Below, piece after piece: positions 52,548-64,000 of a stretch of 64,000 nucleotides of DNA. Below the pieces are notes generated by a model that worked only from the letters and a program-made list of their open reading frames with translations, was not told the DNA's origin and searched no databases. The DNA comes from Octopus vulgaris (lineage: Eukaryota): positions 50,220,001 through 50,284,000 of the forward strand of contig OX597830.1 of assembly GCA_951406725.2 (NCBI GenBank), read 5' to 3'. Positions within the stretch are counted from its first letter, which is position 1; every line of letters starts with the position of its first letter. A program made the translations under genes and the position numbers.

Positions 52548-53643
52548 AATCCCGTGCTTCTTTCTCTAATTCTCCTTCACCTCAAAACTCCCTCTCAGAT
52601 CCTCTTCTTCCTCACAGACCCACTTTCCTCATACTTATACATGCAGCAACAACTCCTACATGTCCTGTCATTCTTCACTGTGTCCCAAACTCTCATTGAT
52701 TGAGGACAGAGTAAAAACTTTTCCCTTTCCTGAGGAAAGATCGTTTGGAACATTGAAAACTCCTCTGCCAACAACGTAATCGAAGAAATGTTAAACTTTA
52801 TCAATAAACACAGAATTTAGCCAATGCAGACCATCACTAGATTGATTTTTGTATTTTTATACTTATGTACAAATTTGTGTCTTTAAATATGTGTTTCAGT
52901 ATGTGTGTATGTATGGGGAGAGAGAGAGTGACAGACAGGCAGATAGGGATGGGTGGATGGATGGATGCATGAATGGGTGGACAAAGGGATTGACTGATAT
53001 ATAATTTTATTTTTACTTGTGTTTCAATGCCAAAGTAGGTTGGTGTATACATTCCTGAGTCATTGTTTTATAGCTGGATTCTCTTCCTGTTGTTAACTTT
53101 CACTAGTTTTTTTTTTCTTTTCAAGTAAAGAATCGTCTTATTCCACATCTTCAAAAGCACAAAGCCAGTCTTGTGAGTGACACAGCAACCTCACTAATGC
53201 TGGTGCCACAATAACAGCACTCGGTATATTGTGAAGTGGTTGGTATGAGGAATGACACCAAGTCTTAGAAAACATACCAAAATTAAGACACTGAAGCAAG
53301 ACATGGTCTTCTACCCAGTAAAGATTCTTTTAAACAATCCTAACCACCCAGCATAGGAAATAGAATCAAGATGATCATGATTTATGTAATTAATATGCAA
53401 ATGATGATTCATGTCAAACGAATAAGGAAGAACTCAATACACGTTATAGAGTATACAGTTTTTTTTTTAAAACTGGATTCCTTTCTTGTCCATTAGCTTC
53501 ATGCTATTCCGTGCATGTGTGTGTGCACGTGCACTCACACACATATATACACACACACACACACACAAGTGCAAGACATCACTCATATGTACAAACATTC
53601 ATATATACATTAAATATATGTATATATTTAATATATATATATT

Positions 53644-53683
<40 letters not shown>

Positions 53684-54434
53684 ACACACACATGTACATA
53701 TAGGCACGTAAGCGCACACACACAAGGAGTTATATGTGTGTAAGAACTAGCACAGTTATTGATTTAGCAAGCTAACAAGATAACAAAGGGGGAGAGAAAG
53801 AAAGGGAGGGAGAGAAAGGGAAAAGTAGAGAGGAGATGAAAGAACAGGATAAGACAGGATAAGAGAAGGTGAGTGGAAGAGAGGAAAGGTGGAGGGGGGG
53901 TGAGAGCTATTGAGACAGAAATGTAAAACCAATTCCTGTCATTGGATACAATATGAGAAGGAAACATGAAAAACTAGAATAGAATCAGTTTTGTCAAAGA
54001 CAATAAATGAAGAAGTCAATTTCTTATTCTGCTCTCATCTACAAAGACTGGAATATATTTTATATATATTTATGTATATTTTTTTTTTTTCAACTCTACA
54101 TCAGTGAAACAACGACAAGAATAACATCAACAGCATGAAGCATTTAGTGAATGGTTAGTGATGGAATCAAGGTGTTTGATGAAACAAAGAATTGGCAAAC
54201 AGCTGACACCAGCAGGAGGTTCCAGAGAATGCTGTGCATGTATATATAGGCACATACCCACACAGACAATATACGGATATATATATATACACATATGTAT
54301 CTCTTTGCATATATATATATTTATATACATATGAATCTATTGATATATATATATATATATATAAATATATATATATGAATATATATATATATATACATTT
54401 ACACACACACACACACACACATATGGGGTAAAAA

Positions 54435-54770
54435 AAAGGGGGAAAGACCCCCTTTGATCATGAATGACAATGGTATGCACCTAGAAAGTTCCCCTCCAAG
54501 GAACATGTCTGGGCAAGGTTGATTTTATGGAAGACCAGCAGTCAGCCACGCATACCAGCCTCCCCTCTCCATGCCACCGATGTTATCCAAGGGAAAGACA
54601 AAAACCAATACAGATTGGCACCAGTGATGTGGCAACCCATTTCTACAGCTGAGTGAACTGGAACAATGTGAAATAAAGTGTTTTGCTCAAGAACACAACA
54701 CACAAACTGGTCTGAGAATCGAACTCACAACTTCATAATTGTGAGCCTGACACTCTGACCACTGAGTCTA
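54435..54770 (-). mobile_element. tRNA-derived SINE (E-related), reverse of the 51520 type
   Basis: CAGCTGAGTGAACTGGAACAATGTGAAATAAAGTGTTTTGCTCAAGAAC…GAATCGAACTCAC. Confidence 0.75.
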
Positions 54771-54774
54771 TACA

Positions 54775-55655
54775 AAAGCACAGGTGCTTATTGTACCTGA
54801 GCATCTTCCACACACAAAAGCTATTTCCCCGTTAACCTTCTTTGATATTGTTGCATGTCTTATGTATCCAAAGCTTACACTGGGTGCATCTTATGGAATT
54901 TCTACAGAACAAGCAGAGCCATCTACTTGGAGGTATCTGTGATTTGTTTGCCTCCCTACTTACTAAGACTTTGGTTTTTACTAGGTTAACACTAAGACCC
55001 TTTGATTCTAGACCTTGCTTCCATACCTGGAACTTCTTCTCTAGTTCTGGTTGTAATTCAGCTATAAGAATAAGATCATCAGCATAGAGGAGCTCCTAGG
55101 GACAGCCTGTCTTGCATTCCTGTTATTGCCTGGAGGACTATGATGAACAAGATGGGGCTGAGCATCGATCCTTGGAGAATCCCTACTTGTACCCTGAATT
55201 CTTTGCTATACTTGTTGCCCACCCTCACCTTACTGGTAGGATCCCTGAACAAGGCTTGTACAGGGATCCTACCTGCCTCTCCCTAGTTTCTGCATTGATC
55301 ACTAGACAAGAGATCAGGGCACTCTGTCAAAGGTTTTCTCCAAGTCAACAAAAGCCAAGTACAAAGGTTTATCTTTGGCTATGCATTTCTCTTGCAGCTG
55401 CCTTAGCAGAAATATAGCATCAGTGATGCTACATCCTTGCACAAAACCAAACTGCATCTCATCAAGACTAACTCTCTCCCTAATTGGTTAGGCTCGAGCC
55501 CTCTCCATAACTTTCATCATCTGATCCAACAAATTGATACCTCTGTAATTATTTGTATCTAATGCATCACCCTTACCTTTAGCAGTTAACTACGGTGCTA
55601 CTTCCAGTCTTCGGGTATGACTCCTTGTGAACCACCTGATTTACAATATGGATGA
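54775..55655 (-). mobile_element. RTE-clade LINE reverse transcriptase fragment (pseudogenised)
   Basis: Minus strand gives VGILQGSMLSPILFIIVL, ELLYADDLILIAE…ESKGLSVNLVKTKVL and Cys-rich CLFCRNSIRCTQCKLWIHKTC. Frameshifts and stops present. Confidence 0.9.
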
Positions 55656-55659
55656 CTAT

Positions 55660-55925
55660 AGGCATAGGAGTGGCTGTGTGGTAAGTAGCTTGCTTATGAA
55701 CTACATGGTTCCGGGTTCAGTCCCACTGTGTGGCACCTTGGTCAAGTGTCTTCTACTATAGCCTTGGGCCGACCAAAGCCTTGTGAGTGGATTTGGTAGA
55801 CAGAAACTGAAAGAAACCCTTTGTATGTATATATATATAAATATATATATATGTATGTATGTGTATATGTATATGTTTGTGTGTCTGTGTTTGTCATCCC
55901 AACATTGCTTGTGTTTACATCCTGA
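55660..55925 (+). mobile_element. SINE family A, 5' two-thirds
   Basis: A/B-box head closely matching 22847. Confidence 0.9.
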
Positions 55926-55932
55926 TGTATGT

Positions 55933-55972
<40 letters not shown>

Positions 55973-56005
55973 CATTAGTGGATGTTAAACATCTATTAGT
56001 GTTAT

Positions 56006-56139
56006 ATTGCCTGAAGAAATGAATCCATGAAGATGTTCTACCCAATGTCCCCAGATACTATGGATTACACTGTAATCATCCCAGGAATACGGACTGAGAT
56101 CTTAAGAGACATACAACTTGTGGAAACGTGTTTAGTGAT
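56006..56139 (+). ncRNA. Decayed hammerhead ribozyme-like motif
   Basis: ATTGC-CTGAAGA (56011) … GAAAC-GTGT-TTA-GTGAT. Stem I pairs with wobbles, stem II is long and decayed (contains the GATTACA-C-TGTAATC hairpin), and the stem III C:G pair is lost. Confidence 0.3.
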
Positions 56140-56315
56140 GCATTAAATGTTTAAAAATTCCATCAAATATTTATCCTACATCATATCGGTACAGCTCGAT
56201 GCAACCCTGAAAAACTGGTTCACCAGTCAGCATCATTAGACTGCAACCGACATAATGGAATAGGAGCTTTGTTTGCATGCTCAAAACGTTTCCTTTAAAC
56301 AAATTTAAAAGAATA

Positions 56316-56362
<47 letters not shown>

Positions 56363-56472
56363 CACACACACACATATATATATATATACTGTGCAGACAA
56401 CAAAATCAAAAACCAAACCAACTATGTGCATGTGTCAAATTAAAAATATAAAATGGTGACAATTTATATATA

Positions 56473-56547
<75 letters not shown>

Positions 56548-56550
<3 letters not shown>

Positions 56551-57383
56551 GGTGTGACGGGTAAATTGTCACCATTTTATATTTTTAATTTGACACATGC
56601 ACATGGTTTGGTTTTTGATTTTGTTGTCTACACAGTATAGTAGGGTTAGCTGGGCACTGTCTGTGAGAACAACAGCATCATGATGCAATTCACTCTGCCA
56701 GAAATTTGGAAAAAAAACATACTGTATTCCTTGGCATTTGCATCGGAAGCTCCAGTACAAACATTTCAGAGTATTTGGGTGTCAATCTGAGGGGACAGTG
56801 CGTGTACCATGAGTGATAAAAATTAAACATCCAATCAACATCATAGTGTTTGGAGTGATCAGTAGTAATGGCAACGTTATGCCTCCATTCACCTTCCCAA
56901 ACAGCCACAGATTCAAGACAGAGGCCAGCATTAAGTGCTTGGAGGAGGTAGTGCTGCCCTGGGTCAAGAGAGTGGCTGCTGGATGACCCTATATCTGGCA
57001 ACAGGACTCTACACCATGCCACACAAGCTGGGGAACCCAGTCATGGCTGTCAGACAATTTCTGTAACCACATCACCCCTAACATCTGGCCACCTAACTCA
57101 CCAGACTACAACCCCCTCGATTACTACGTGGTGTGGGGTGTAGTTGACCAACAAAACTCCTTGTAACACCAAAGATGAACCGAAGGTAAGTATTATGGCG
57201 GCATTCACCAACTTAAACAAGGAGCTACAAGAGATTCTGAAGTCATCTGGTGGCCGTGGTTGAAGCCAATGGCAGTTTTATCAAATAAATTTACTCTTTC
57301 AAGATATTTTTATATAATTTTGGTGAATATACTGTGAGTGGTTTTGTTTTGCATAATTTAGACGACAATATATTCACCACACC

Positions 57384-57386
<3 letters not shown>
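56548..57386 (+). mobile_element. Tc1/mariner-superfamily DD37D (maT-type) DNA transposon, internally deleted, inserted in (TA)n
   Basis: TA|CAGGGTGTG … CACACCCTG|TA terminal inverted repeats. The remnant WQQD-STPCHTSWGTQSWLSDNFCNHITPNIWPPNSPDYNPL-DYY has 37 residues between the second and third Asp. Confidence 0.9.
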
Positions 57387-57471
<85 letters not shown>

Positions 57472-57926
57472 TAGAGAGAAACCACTATGTGGACACTCTT
57501 ATGCTAGAAATAGATCCGCTATGGTCTTACCACTAAGAAATGTTCTCAAGAAAAATTTAGCAAAAACAACCAAAATGTAATCTAATATGTATATAATACA
57601 ATTTTACTGAACCTTCAGTTTTTTTATATGCTAGACCACTGGTGTGAAATCGATGTTAACTAAATTAATATCTAATTTCTCACCCTCATTTTAAATTTAT
57701 GTATATATATATATCTAAAATGGTCAAAATTTTTCCACAAGAACTTAGTTCAATTTGAAAACTCCGCCAGAATGGATGAAAGCACTAATATATGATATAT
57801 GATATAAGTTACATGATGTATAAAAACATGTAATATACAAATAAATATCTGTAAATATAAAACCATCCGATTTTCTGAGTACCTCATTTCTTCTAATATA
57901 AAATACCTGTACATCATCTCCAACCC

Positions 57927-57977
<51 letters not shown>

Positions 57978-58902
57978 AGACATACACATACACACACATG
58001 TGCACATGTACATACATATCCAAGAGATTCATTCTTTGAAGCTGATACCTTAAACCTGACAATTATCTGACCACAAATTGATGTAGAGATGGGCAAACAG
58101 ACAGATAAATGCAGGGCAAATTCATGTAGAAATAGGTAAACAGCTAGAATCAGGGCAAATAGAGAATGAAGTGGTGAAAGAGAGTTCACTGAATGGCAGT
58201 GAGTCAAAGATTTTCAGTGGAAATGATCTACTTATGAGTGTAGTTTCCAAAATCTGCTTGTGCAAGAATGTGAATATCTTAATGAAGCCATTGCATAAAA
58301 TGCTTCTAAATATGAGGCAAATATTCTATTGGACAACTAAATTGATTGGTTGCAGGAATATTGCATAGCTTTCGGTTTTATTGTTCTTGAAATATTAGGA
58401 AAAGTTTGAGATAATTGAAGCAACACTTGCAAAAAGAATCATTAAATACACTGCAGCGCCATTTGTCTTCATATTTCTTCATGTCTCAATAATAATGATC
58501 CTTGCATGGACACATGTCTACAAATGTGTAAGAGGAGAGGGAGGAGGAGGGATATAATTGATCACCCCCCACCCCCACTCTTCTAATGTGTCCTCCTGCT
58601 ACTTAGAGACGGTAGTGAAATAAAAGTTGGGTCAACCTTGACAGGCTTCTAAACTGAGAACATAACAATGAAATACTGTATAGCATATTGATTACAGATC
58701 GTTATTAATTATTGTTAACTCACACCATGCCTCAACTATGAGCTAACGTGAGAATATGGTTCCTAGAAATAGCAACCAAATCTCCCTCAGATTAGACCTT
58801 ATCTTAATACTTTAGCAGTTAAACCAGCCAGGATTGGCCCAAATATTCTAACAGATATTATATGTTCAAACTAGCCAGATCTCACCACTTGCATCTGCCC
58901 TA

Positions 58903-59130
58903 CTCTTTTACTTGTTTCAGTCATTTGACCGTGGCCATGCTGGAGCACCGCCTTTAGTCGAGCAAATCAACCCCAGGACTTATTCTTTGTAAGCCTGGTA
59001 CTTATTCTATCGGTCTCTTTTGACAAACCACTAAGTTACAGGGACATAAACACACCAGCATCGGTTGTCAAGTGATGTTGGGGGACAAACACAGACACAC
59101 AAACATATACACACACACATACATATATAA
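58903..59130 (-). mobile_element. SINE family A, 3' half
   Basis: Reverse complement of the family A tail. Confidence 0.85.
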
Positions 59131-59184
59131 GCATTATGATTTAGGGAAAGATTAAATTTAATTTTGTTTCTCTCCATGGATCTG

Positions 59185-59562
59185 TGTGGCATGTAAAAAG
59201 CACCATTCCAGCATGATCGTTACCAGCGTTGCCTTACTGGTACTTGTGCTGGTGGCACATGAAAAAACATTCAAGCAAGGTCATTGCCAGTGCCACTGGA
59301 CTGGCTCCTGTGCACATGGCATGTAAAAAACACCATTTGAGCATGTCTGTTGCCAGGACCACCTGACCGGCCCCCGTGCCGGTGGCATGTAAAAATATCC
59401 ACTACACTCTCGGAGTGGTTAGCATTAGGAAGGGCATCCATCTGTAGAAACTCTGCCAGATCAGATTGGAGCCTGGCGCAGCCATCTGGTTCACCAGTCC
59501 TCAGTCAAATCGTCCAACCCATGCTAGCATGGAAAGCGGATGTTAAATGACGATGATGATGA
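59185..59562 (+). mobile_element. RTE 3' UTR (family C)
   Basis: Tandem GTGGCATGTAAAA repeats, then the family C body and (GAT)n. Confidence 0.9.
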
Positions 59563-59663
59563 CTATTTGAACAAGAAACAGCTGTGTGAGACAAAGGTTT
59601 GAAAGAGGAGATAACAAACCTATTACCAAGCTATATATTCCTTACCATTGGGAAAACATTTTT

Positions 59664-59695
<32 letters not shown>

Positions 59696-60249
59696 ACAAA
59701 GAACTCTGCTAGAAGTGGTAAATCTTTCCTCTTAAGTACTTTGAACTGATCTGTAGTGACAGCAACATTATGCCTCCATTTCATTTTATTAGGAACCGTT
59801 CCAAAGCAGACACTGGAGTACAATGCAGGCCTTGTACTCACTAGATTCTATCTAACCATTCAATCCATGCTAGCATGGAACATGGATTTTTGAATGATGA
59901 TGACAACGATGACAACAATGACACTGACAATGCTGAAATAATGCAGAAAATATAATTTGGGAAGTAGTGAGAGGAGGTAAAGACATCATTGACTGAATGC
60001 AGCAGAAGAAAATTAGCGTGTTAAGCTGTGGGCTTTCAATATTTAATATGCTGAATTGATTAAGGCACGAATACCAGACATAGTTATCGTCAACTAATAG
60101 AAAATACCTTGCACAATAATTGGTATAGAGCTGATGAAAGAAGCAGCTAAAAAGAGCTTTGGTCATTAGTTATGGATATTTCCTTGGGTTGTAAAAAAAG
60201 ACACAGTGACAACTAGTGAAAAAATGCCTTTTAATTGACATGTATTTCT

Positions 60250-60527
60250 AACAATGTATTTTTAACAAAATGGCAATGTATTTCTGAAAGAAACAAAGAA
60301 ACTCTTGGAATATATTCTGTTGTGTCTGGGGAGAGTAATTTTCTTTTTGTGCCTTATAATGTAAAACACTCACTGTTGTTTTTTTCCAGATTTTGAAATA
60401 TAAAGATCTGGAAACAAAGGCAACCAGATTGTGGGGCCTGAAAACAAAAATAATCTCTATAATAATCAATGTATTAGGTATGGTTAAAAACCATACAGAC
60501 AAATACATAACCAAAACACTAGAAGAA
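60250..60527 (+). mobile_element. R4/Dong-like REL-endonuclease fragment
   Basis: NVFLKETKKL …(insertion)… KYKDLETKATRLWGLKTKIISIIINVLGMVKNHTDKYI; homologous to the reverse complement of 47810-47890. Confidence 0.7.
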
Positions 60528-60530
60528 CTT

Positions 60531-60815
60531 AGGCGTGGCTGTGTGATGAGAAGCTTGCTTCCCAACTACATGGTGGCACCTTGGACAAGTGTCTTCTACT
60601 TAACCTCATCCAACCAAAGACTTGTCAGTGGAATTGGTAGACGTAAACTGAAAGAAGCCCATCATATGTGTGTGTGTGTGTGTGTCTGTGTTTGTCCCCT
60701 ACTCCCAAAAATTGCTTGACAACTGATGTTAGTGTCTTTATTTCCCCCGTAACTTAGTGGTTCGGCAAAGGAGACTGATAGAATAAGTACTAGGCTTACA
60801 AAGAATAAGTACAGG
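60531..60815 (+). mobile_element. SINE family A, diverged
   Basis: Head and tail motifs of family A. Confidence 0.8.
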
Positions 60816-60834
60816 AGCCGATTTGAATAATTCA

Positions 60835-61148
60835 GCCGGTTTGAATAATTCACCTTTGGAAACGTGGGTGGTTCCTTCAACATCCTTAAACAACCCTTAT
60901 TCAGGGACCTTTTGAGCAGGATGGGCTACTAGACCAGAAGAAAATTCTAACTGGGCCCTACCTGCAAGGTCATGTACTGTTAATCTTGATATGAGATCAC
61001 CATGTCACGCACATATGGTTGTGAAGCATGTGCCTAGTGTACCCTTATCGGACGGGTAGTCATGATGGGTATACTGGGCTTCGTATATTTGTACCCCTGT
61101 GTCACTTTGATGGCATGCACTGCTCTCTTACTCAATAATAATAATAAT
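60835..61148 (+). mobile_element. Family F repeat ending in (TAA)n
   Basis: Reverse complement of 47045-47340. Confidence 0.8.
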
Positions 61149-62365
61149 GTCACAAAATGACCATAACCAGACAGCAGAAGTACAAAAAATGAAACAATGA
61201 GTTATACAAAACGAATTTATAAATCAAATAGTGGGGAAGAGAAGGTGCAAAGATTCATTATTGACACTTAGCTTTGTGCATGACATAGCTGTTAAGGCGT
61301 TGTATTCCCAACAATAAGATAGCAGTTTCAATTCCCAGACTGGGTAGTGCATTGTGTTTTTTGAGCAAAACTCTTCATTTCAAGTTATTTTAGTCTACTC
61401 AGCTGTAAATGAATTTCAGCAATAGCTTGTAAGTCAATCCTGCCAAGGATGGACATCATGTTCTGTAGAGGGGGTCATAATCTCTGTCATTCATGTGCTA
61501 TGGAGACTGGGTTCAGCACCAGCCCTGTGAGTTCTAAGGTTTGCAAAGGCCCTAAGTCTTATTTTCAGGAAACTCCATACAACAAAAAGTGAAGTCAAAC
61601 AACAAGCATTCTTTATGTTTTTGCACACACACTCACACAAACAAACATACATATAATTAAAACAAAAGTAGCTAATTTACTCAAAAGTATGCTAAAAATT
61701 GATTAAAATTTATTTTTAATTAAAGTATGATATTTCTTTGTTTTGATTCAACATTAGTCAAAAATCTTAAAGGAAAAAAAAGTAGATAGAAATCTTGTCT
61801 GAAGATATGGTTTTACTTCAACATAAACATTGCTTGCAAAAGAAAAAAAAAATAAGAAAAAGAAAACGATTAACAAAATACAAATTAATTAAGTTCTTAA
61901 TGAGATGACTAAATTTTATATTAATCATGTTATCTAAGAGAGATTAAATCTAGGAATTATAATTTAGGGAAAGATTAAATTTAATTTTGTTTCTCTTCAA
62001 CAACAAACTGTATATTATAGAAGACTATTTAAACAAGAAACAGTTGGGGGAGACAAGAGTTTGGAAGAGGAAATAACAAGCCTATCACCAAACTATGTAC
62101 TCCATGTCAGTGGCAAAAACATTCTTGCTCTCTTTTGGACAAAGAATTTTACCAGACATAGTAAACCGTTCCTCTTCAGTGCAAGAAACAAAATTTATTC
62201 TACAATTATGCTATTATTAGTGTAATACTAATTGTAGACATACTGTCAGTATCGTCACCAATCATTTCTCAGGTGATGGTCAGGATACAAAGAATTGAAC
62301 CAGAAATCCTTATTTTAGAACTGATTCTGATATTCTAACCACTAGGCAATAGTTCCAAAAGATAG

Positions 62366-62425
<60 letters not shown>

Positions 62426-62869
62426 ATGATTAAAAAGGTAAAATAAGAGATATAGAAGACAAGAAAATGGGAGGAACAAGAAACAAAACAGGAATAAAAG
62501 GGCCACAGATAACAAGCTCACCTTCATCAATTGTCATCTGCTGGTAATAGCTATTGTGTGTGTGTGTGAGTATACATCTATAATCATTATATATGCAGAT
62601 AGGAATAGATGTCCACAGAGGTAAGTGTTCATGTATATATATATATATGTGGATGAGGTAGTATGTTTAAAACAAGTGTTTTCTGGTTTCTAAAAGTTTG
62701 GTAAGTGATAAAACACGAAACTCTTGACCCCTTGAGTCACGAAACTTTTGACCCCTTGCTTATGTTAAATATTGAATGAATATATATATATATATATATA
62801 TATAAAATTGACAGAATGAGATTAAAAATCTAAGGCTGTGAAATGTTTTCAGAACATTTATAAAGAAAA

Positions 62870-62919
62870 TGTCTTACAACTGTTTCTGGGATATTTTATA
62901 TATCCCTTCATCAGAGACA
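62870..62919 (-). ncRNA. Minimal type I hammerhead ribozyme motif (Penelope/retrozyme type)
   Basis: Minus strand reads TGTCT-CTGATGA-A-GGGATAT-ATAAA-ATATCCC-A-GAAAC-AGTT-GTA-AGACA. This gives a perfect 5-bp stem I, intact CUGAUGA/GAAA core, 7-bp stem II, minimal stem III and a GUA cleavage triplet. Confidence 0.75.
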
Positions 62920-63113
62920 GTGTGAGAAAATGCTTGAGTAATAATTATTGTAGAGAAGATATGAAATACAGAGAAAAGTGAAGAAATGAAAACAGAAGTG
63001 AGATGCATAAGGATATTGTAATTGCAGTTCCATTATTTAAGCAGATTGATGTTTATATAAGTTTCCTGTACCTTGTGTGTGAGTTCGAATGGTGTTTAGA
63101 TTTGGTCATTCCA

Positions 63114-63153
<40 letters not shown>

Positions 63154-63480
63154 ATATTGTGTACATTAAAATACATTAAGAGGCCTCCAAATAGGAAAGC
63201 CTTGTGCTAGAAAGAGCAGTAGAAAATTCAACCCACTAATTAGGGATACATTCTCGAAAGGAATGAAAATTAAAAATGTTTACCATCTAATTTAGTTCCT
63301 AGACCATGGTTTCTGACTAATTTCAGTAAAAAAAAAACTCTTGGAAGCCTCTTAATGTGTTTTAATGTACATGATATCTTTATGTGAATAATATATAGTC
63401 TATTGACTAATTTTTTTTTGTGCTAGGCAACTGGTAGTAATAATTTCTATAATTCTTATTACCCTAATATTATTTATTAT

Positions 63481-63531
<51 letters not shown>

Positions 63532-63551
63532 TACATACATACATACATACA

Positions 63552-63583
<32 letters not shown>

Positions 63584-63594
63584 CATATATGCAA

Positions 63595-63752
63595 AGTCTT
63601 TCTTTCAGTTTCTGTCTATCAAGTCCACTCATAAGGTTTTGGTAAACCTGGAGTTTTGGTAGAAGATACTTGCTCAAGGTGTCACCAGTGGGACAGAACC
63701 TGTAACCATATGGTTGGGAAGCAAGCTTCTTACCACACACCTATGTCTGCAC
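63595..63752 (-). mobile_element. SINE family A, 5' half
   Basis: TCTTTCAGTTTC…TCCACTCATAAGG…TACCACACACC. Confidence 0.8.
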
Positions 63753-64000
63753 ATAAAGCTTTCCCACAGTCTCCTTCCATCACCATCATAACTGCTCATC
63801 ACTCATACCCTCTCCATCTAACATTTCCTTCTTATACTGCTAGCCACTGCTGACCCCACCTTCAGGTCACTCACAACTGGCACCCACCACACACTCACCA
63901 CCAACCATTTTACAGCTACCCATCACTCACCTTCTCTCTCAGTACCCCTTACAGTAACTCTTTCCATCATTACTACTTCTAGCAACCTCTACCCCTTTTC

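Noticed and set aside
60061-60082. miR-124-like TAAGGCACG
   Set aside because: Only 9 nt match, and there is no hairpin partner.
62517-62545. Minus-strand donor GAAG|GTGAGC (and an orphan acceptor at 13028)
   Set aside because: No convincing partner splice site, and isolated sites are expected by chance in 64 kb.
62654-62675. let-7-like TGAGGTAGTA
   Set aside because: The 3' half diverges from let-7 and no complementary star arm is nearby.
63293-63337. Minus-strand GAAAC-CATG-GTC hammerhead half
   Set aside because: No CUGANGA box with a matching stem I or stem II upstream.

Overview
Repeat-saturated eukaryotic non-coding DNA, most likely intronic or intergenic. The SINE/LINE repertoire and heavy (TA)n/(CA)n load look like an Octopus-type coleoid cephalopod genome; this is an inference from pattern recognition, not a database match. 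No intact protein-coding gene is recognisable, and nearly all ORFs in the supplied track are translations of microsatellites, minisatellites or SINEs. The window holds dozens of tRNA-derived SINE copies from several families, and degraded RTE, Tx1/L1, CR1/L2-like and R4/Dong LINE fragments. It also holds a Ty1/Copia (GalEa-like) RT-RNase H relic, a DD37D (maT) Tc1/mariner element with both TIRs, piggyBac-like and hAT-like MITEs, and several minisatellites. One 69-nt minus-strand candidate exon has strong splice signals (597-665). The most notable signal is a set of ~300-400 bp cassettes bounded on both sides by (TA)n. Three carry type I hammerhead-ribozyme motifs (near-intact at 62870-62919 minus and 24144-24233 plus, decayed at 56006-56139), and several others are fold-back palindromes. 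This suggests a microsatellite-embedded Penelope-like or retrozyme-like system.
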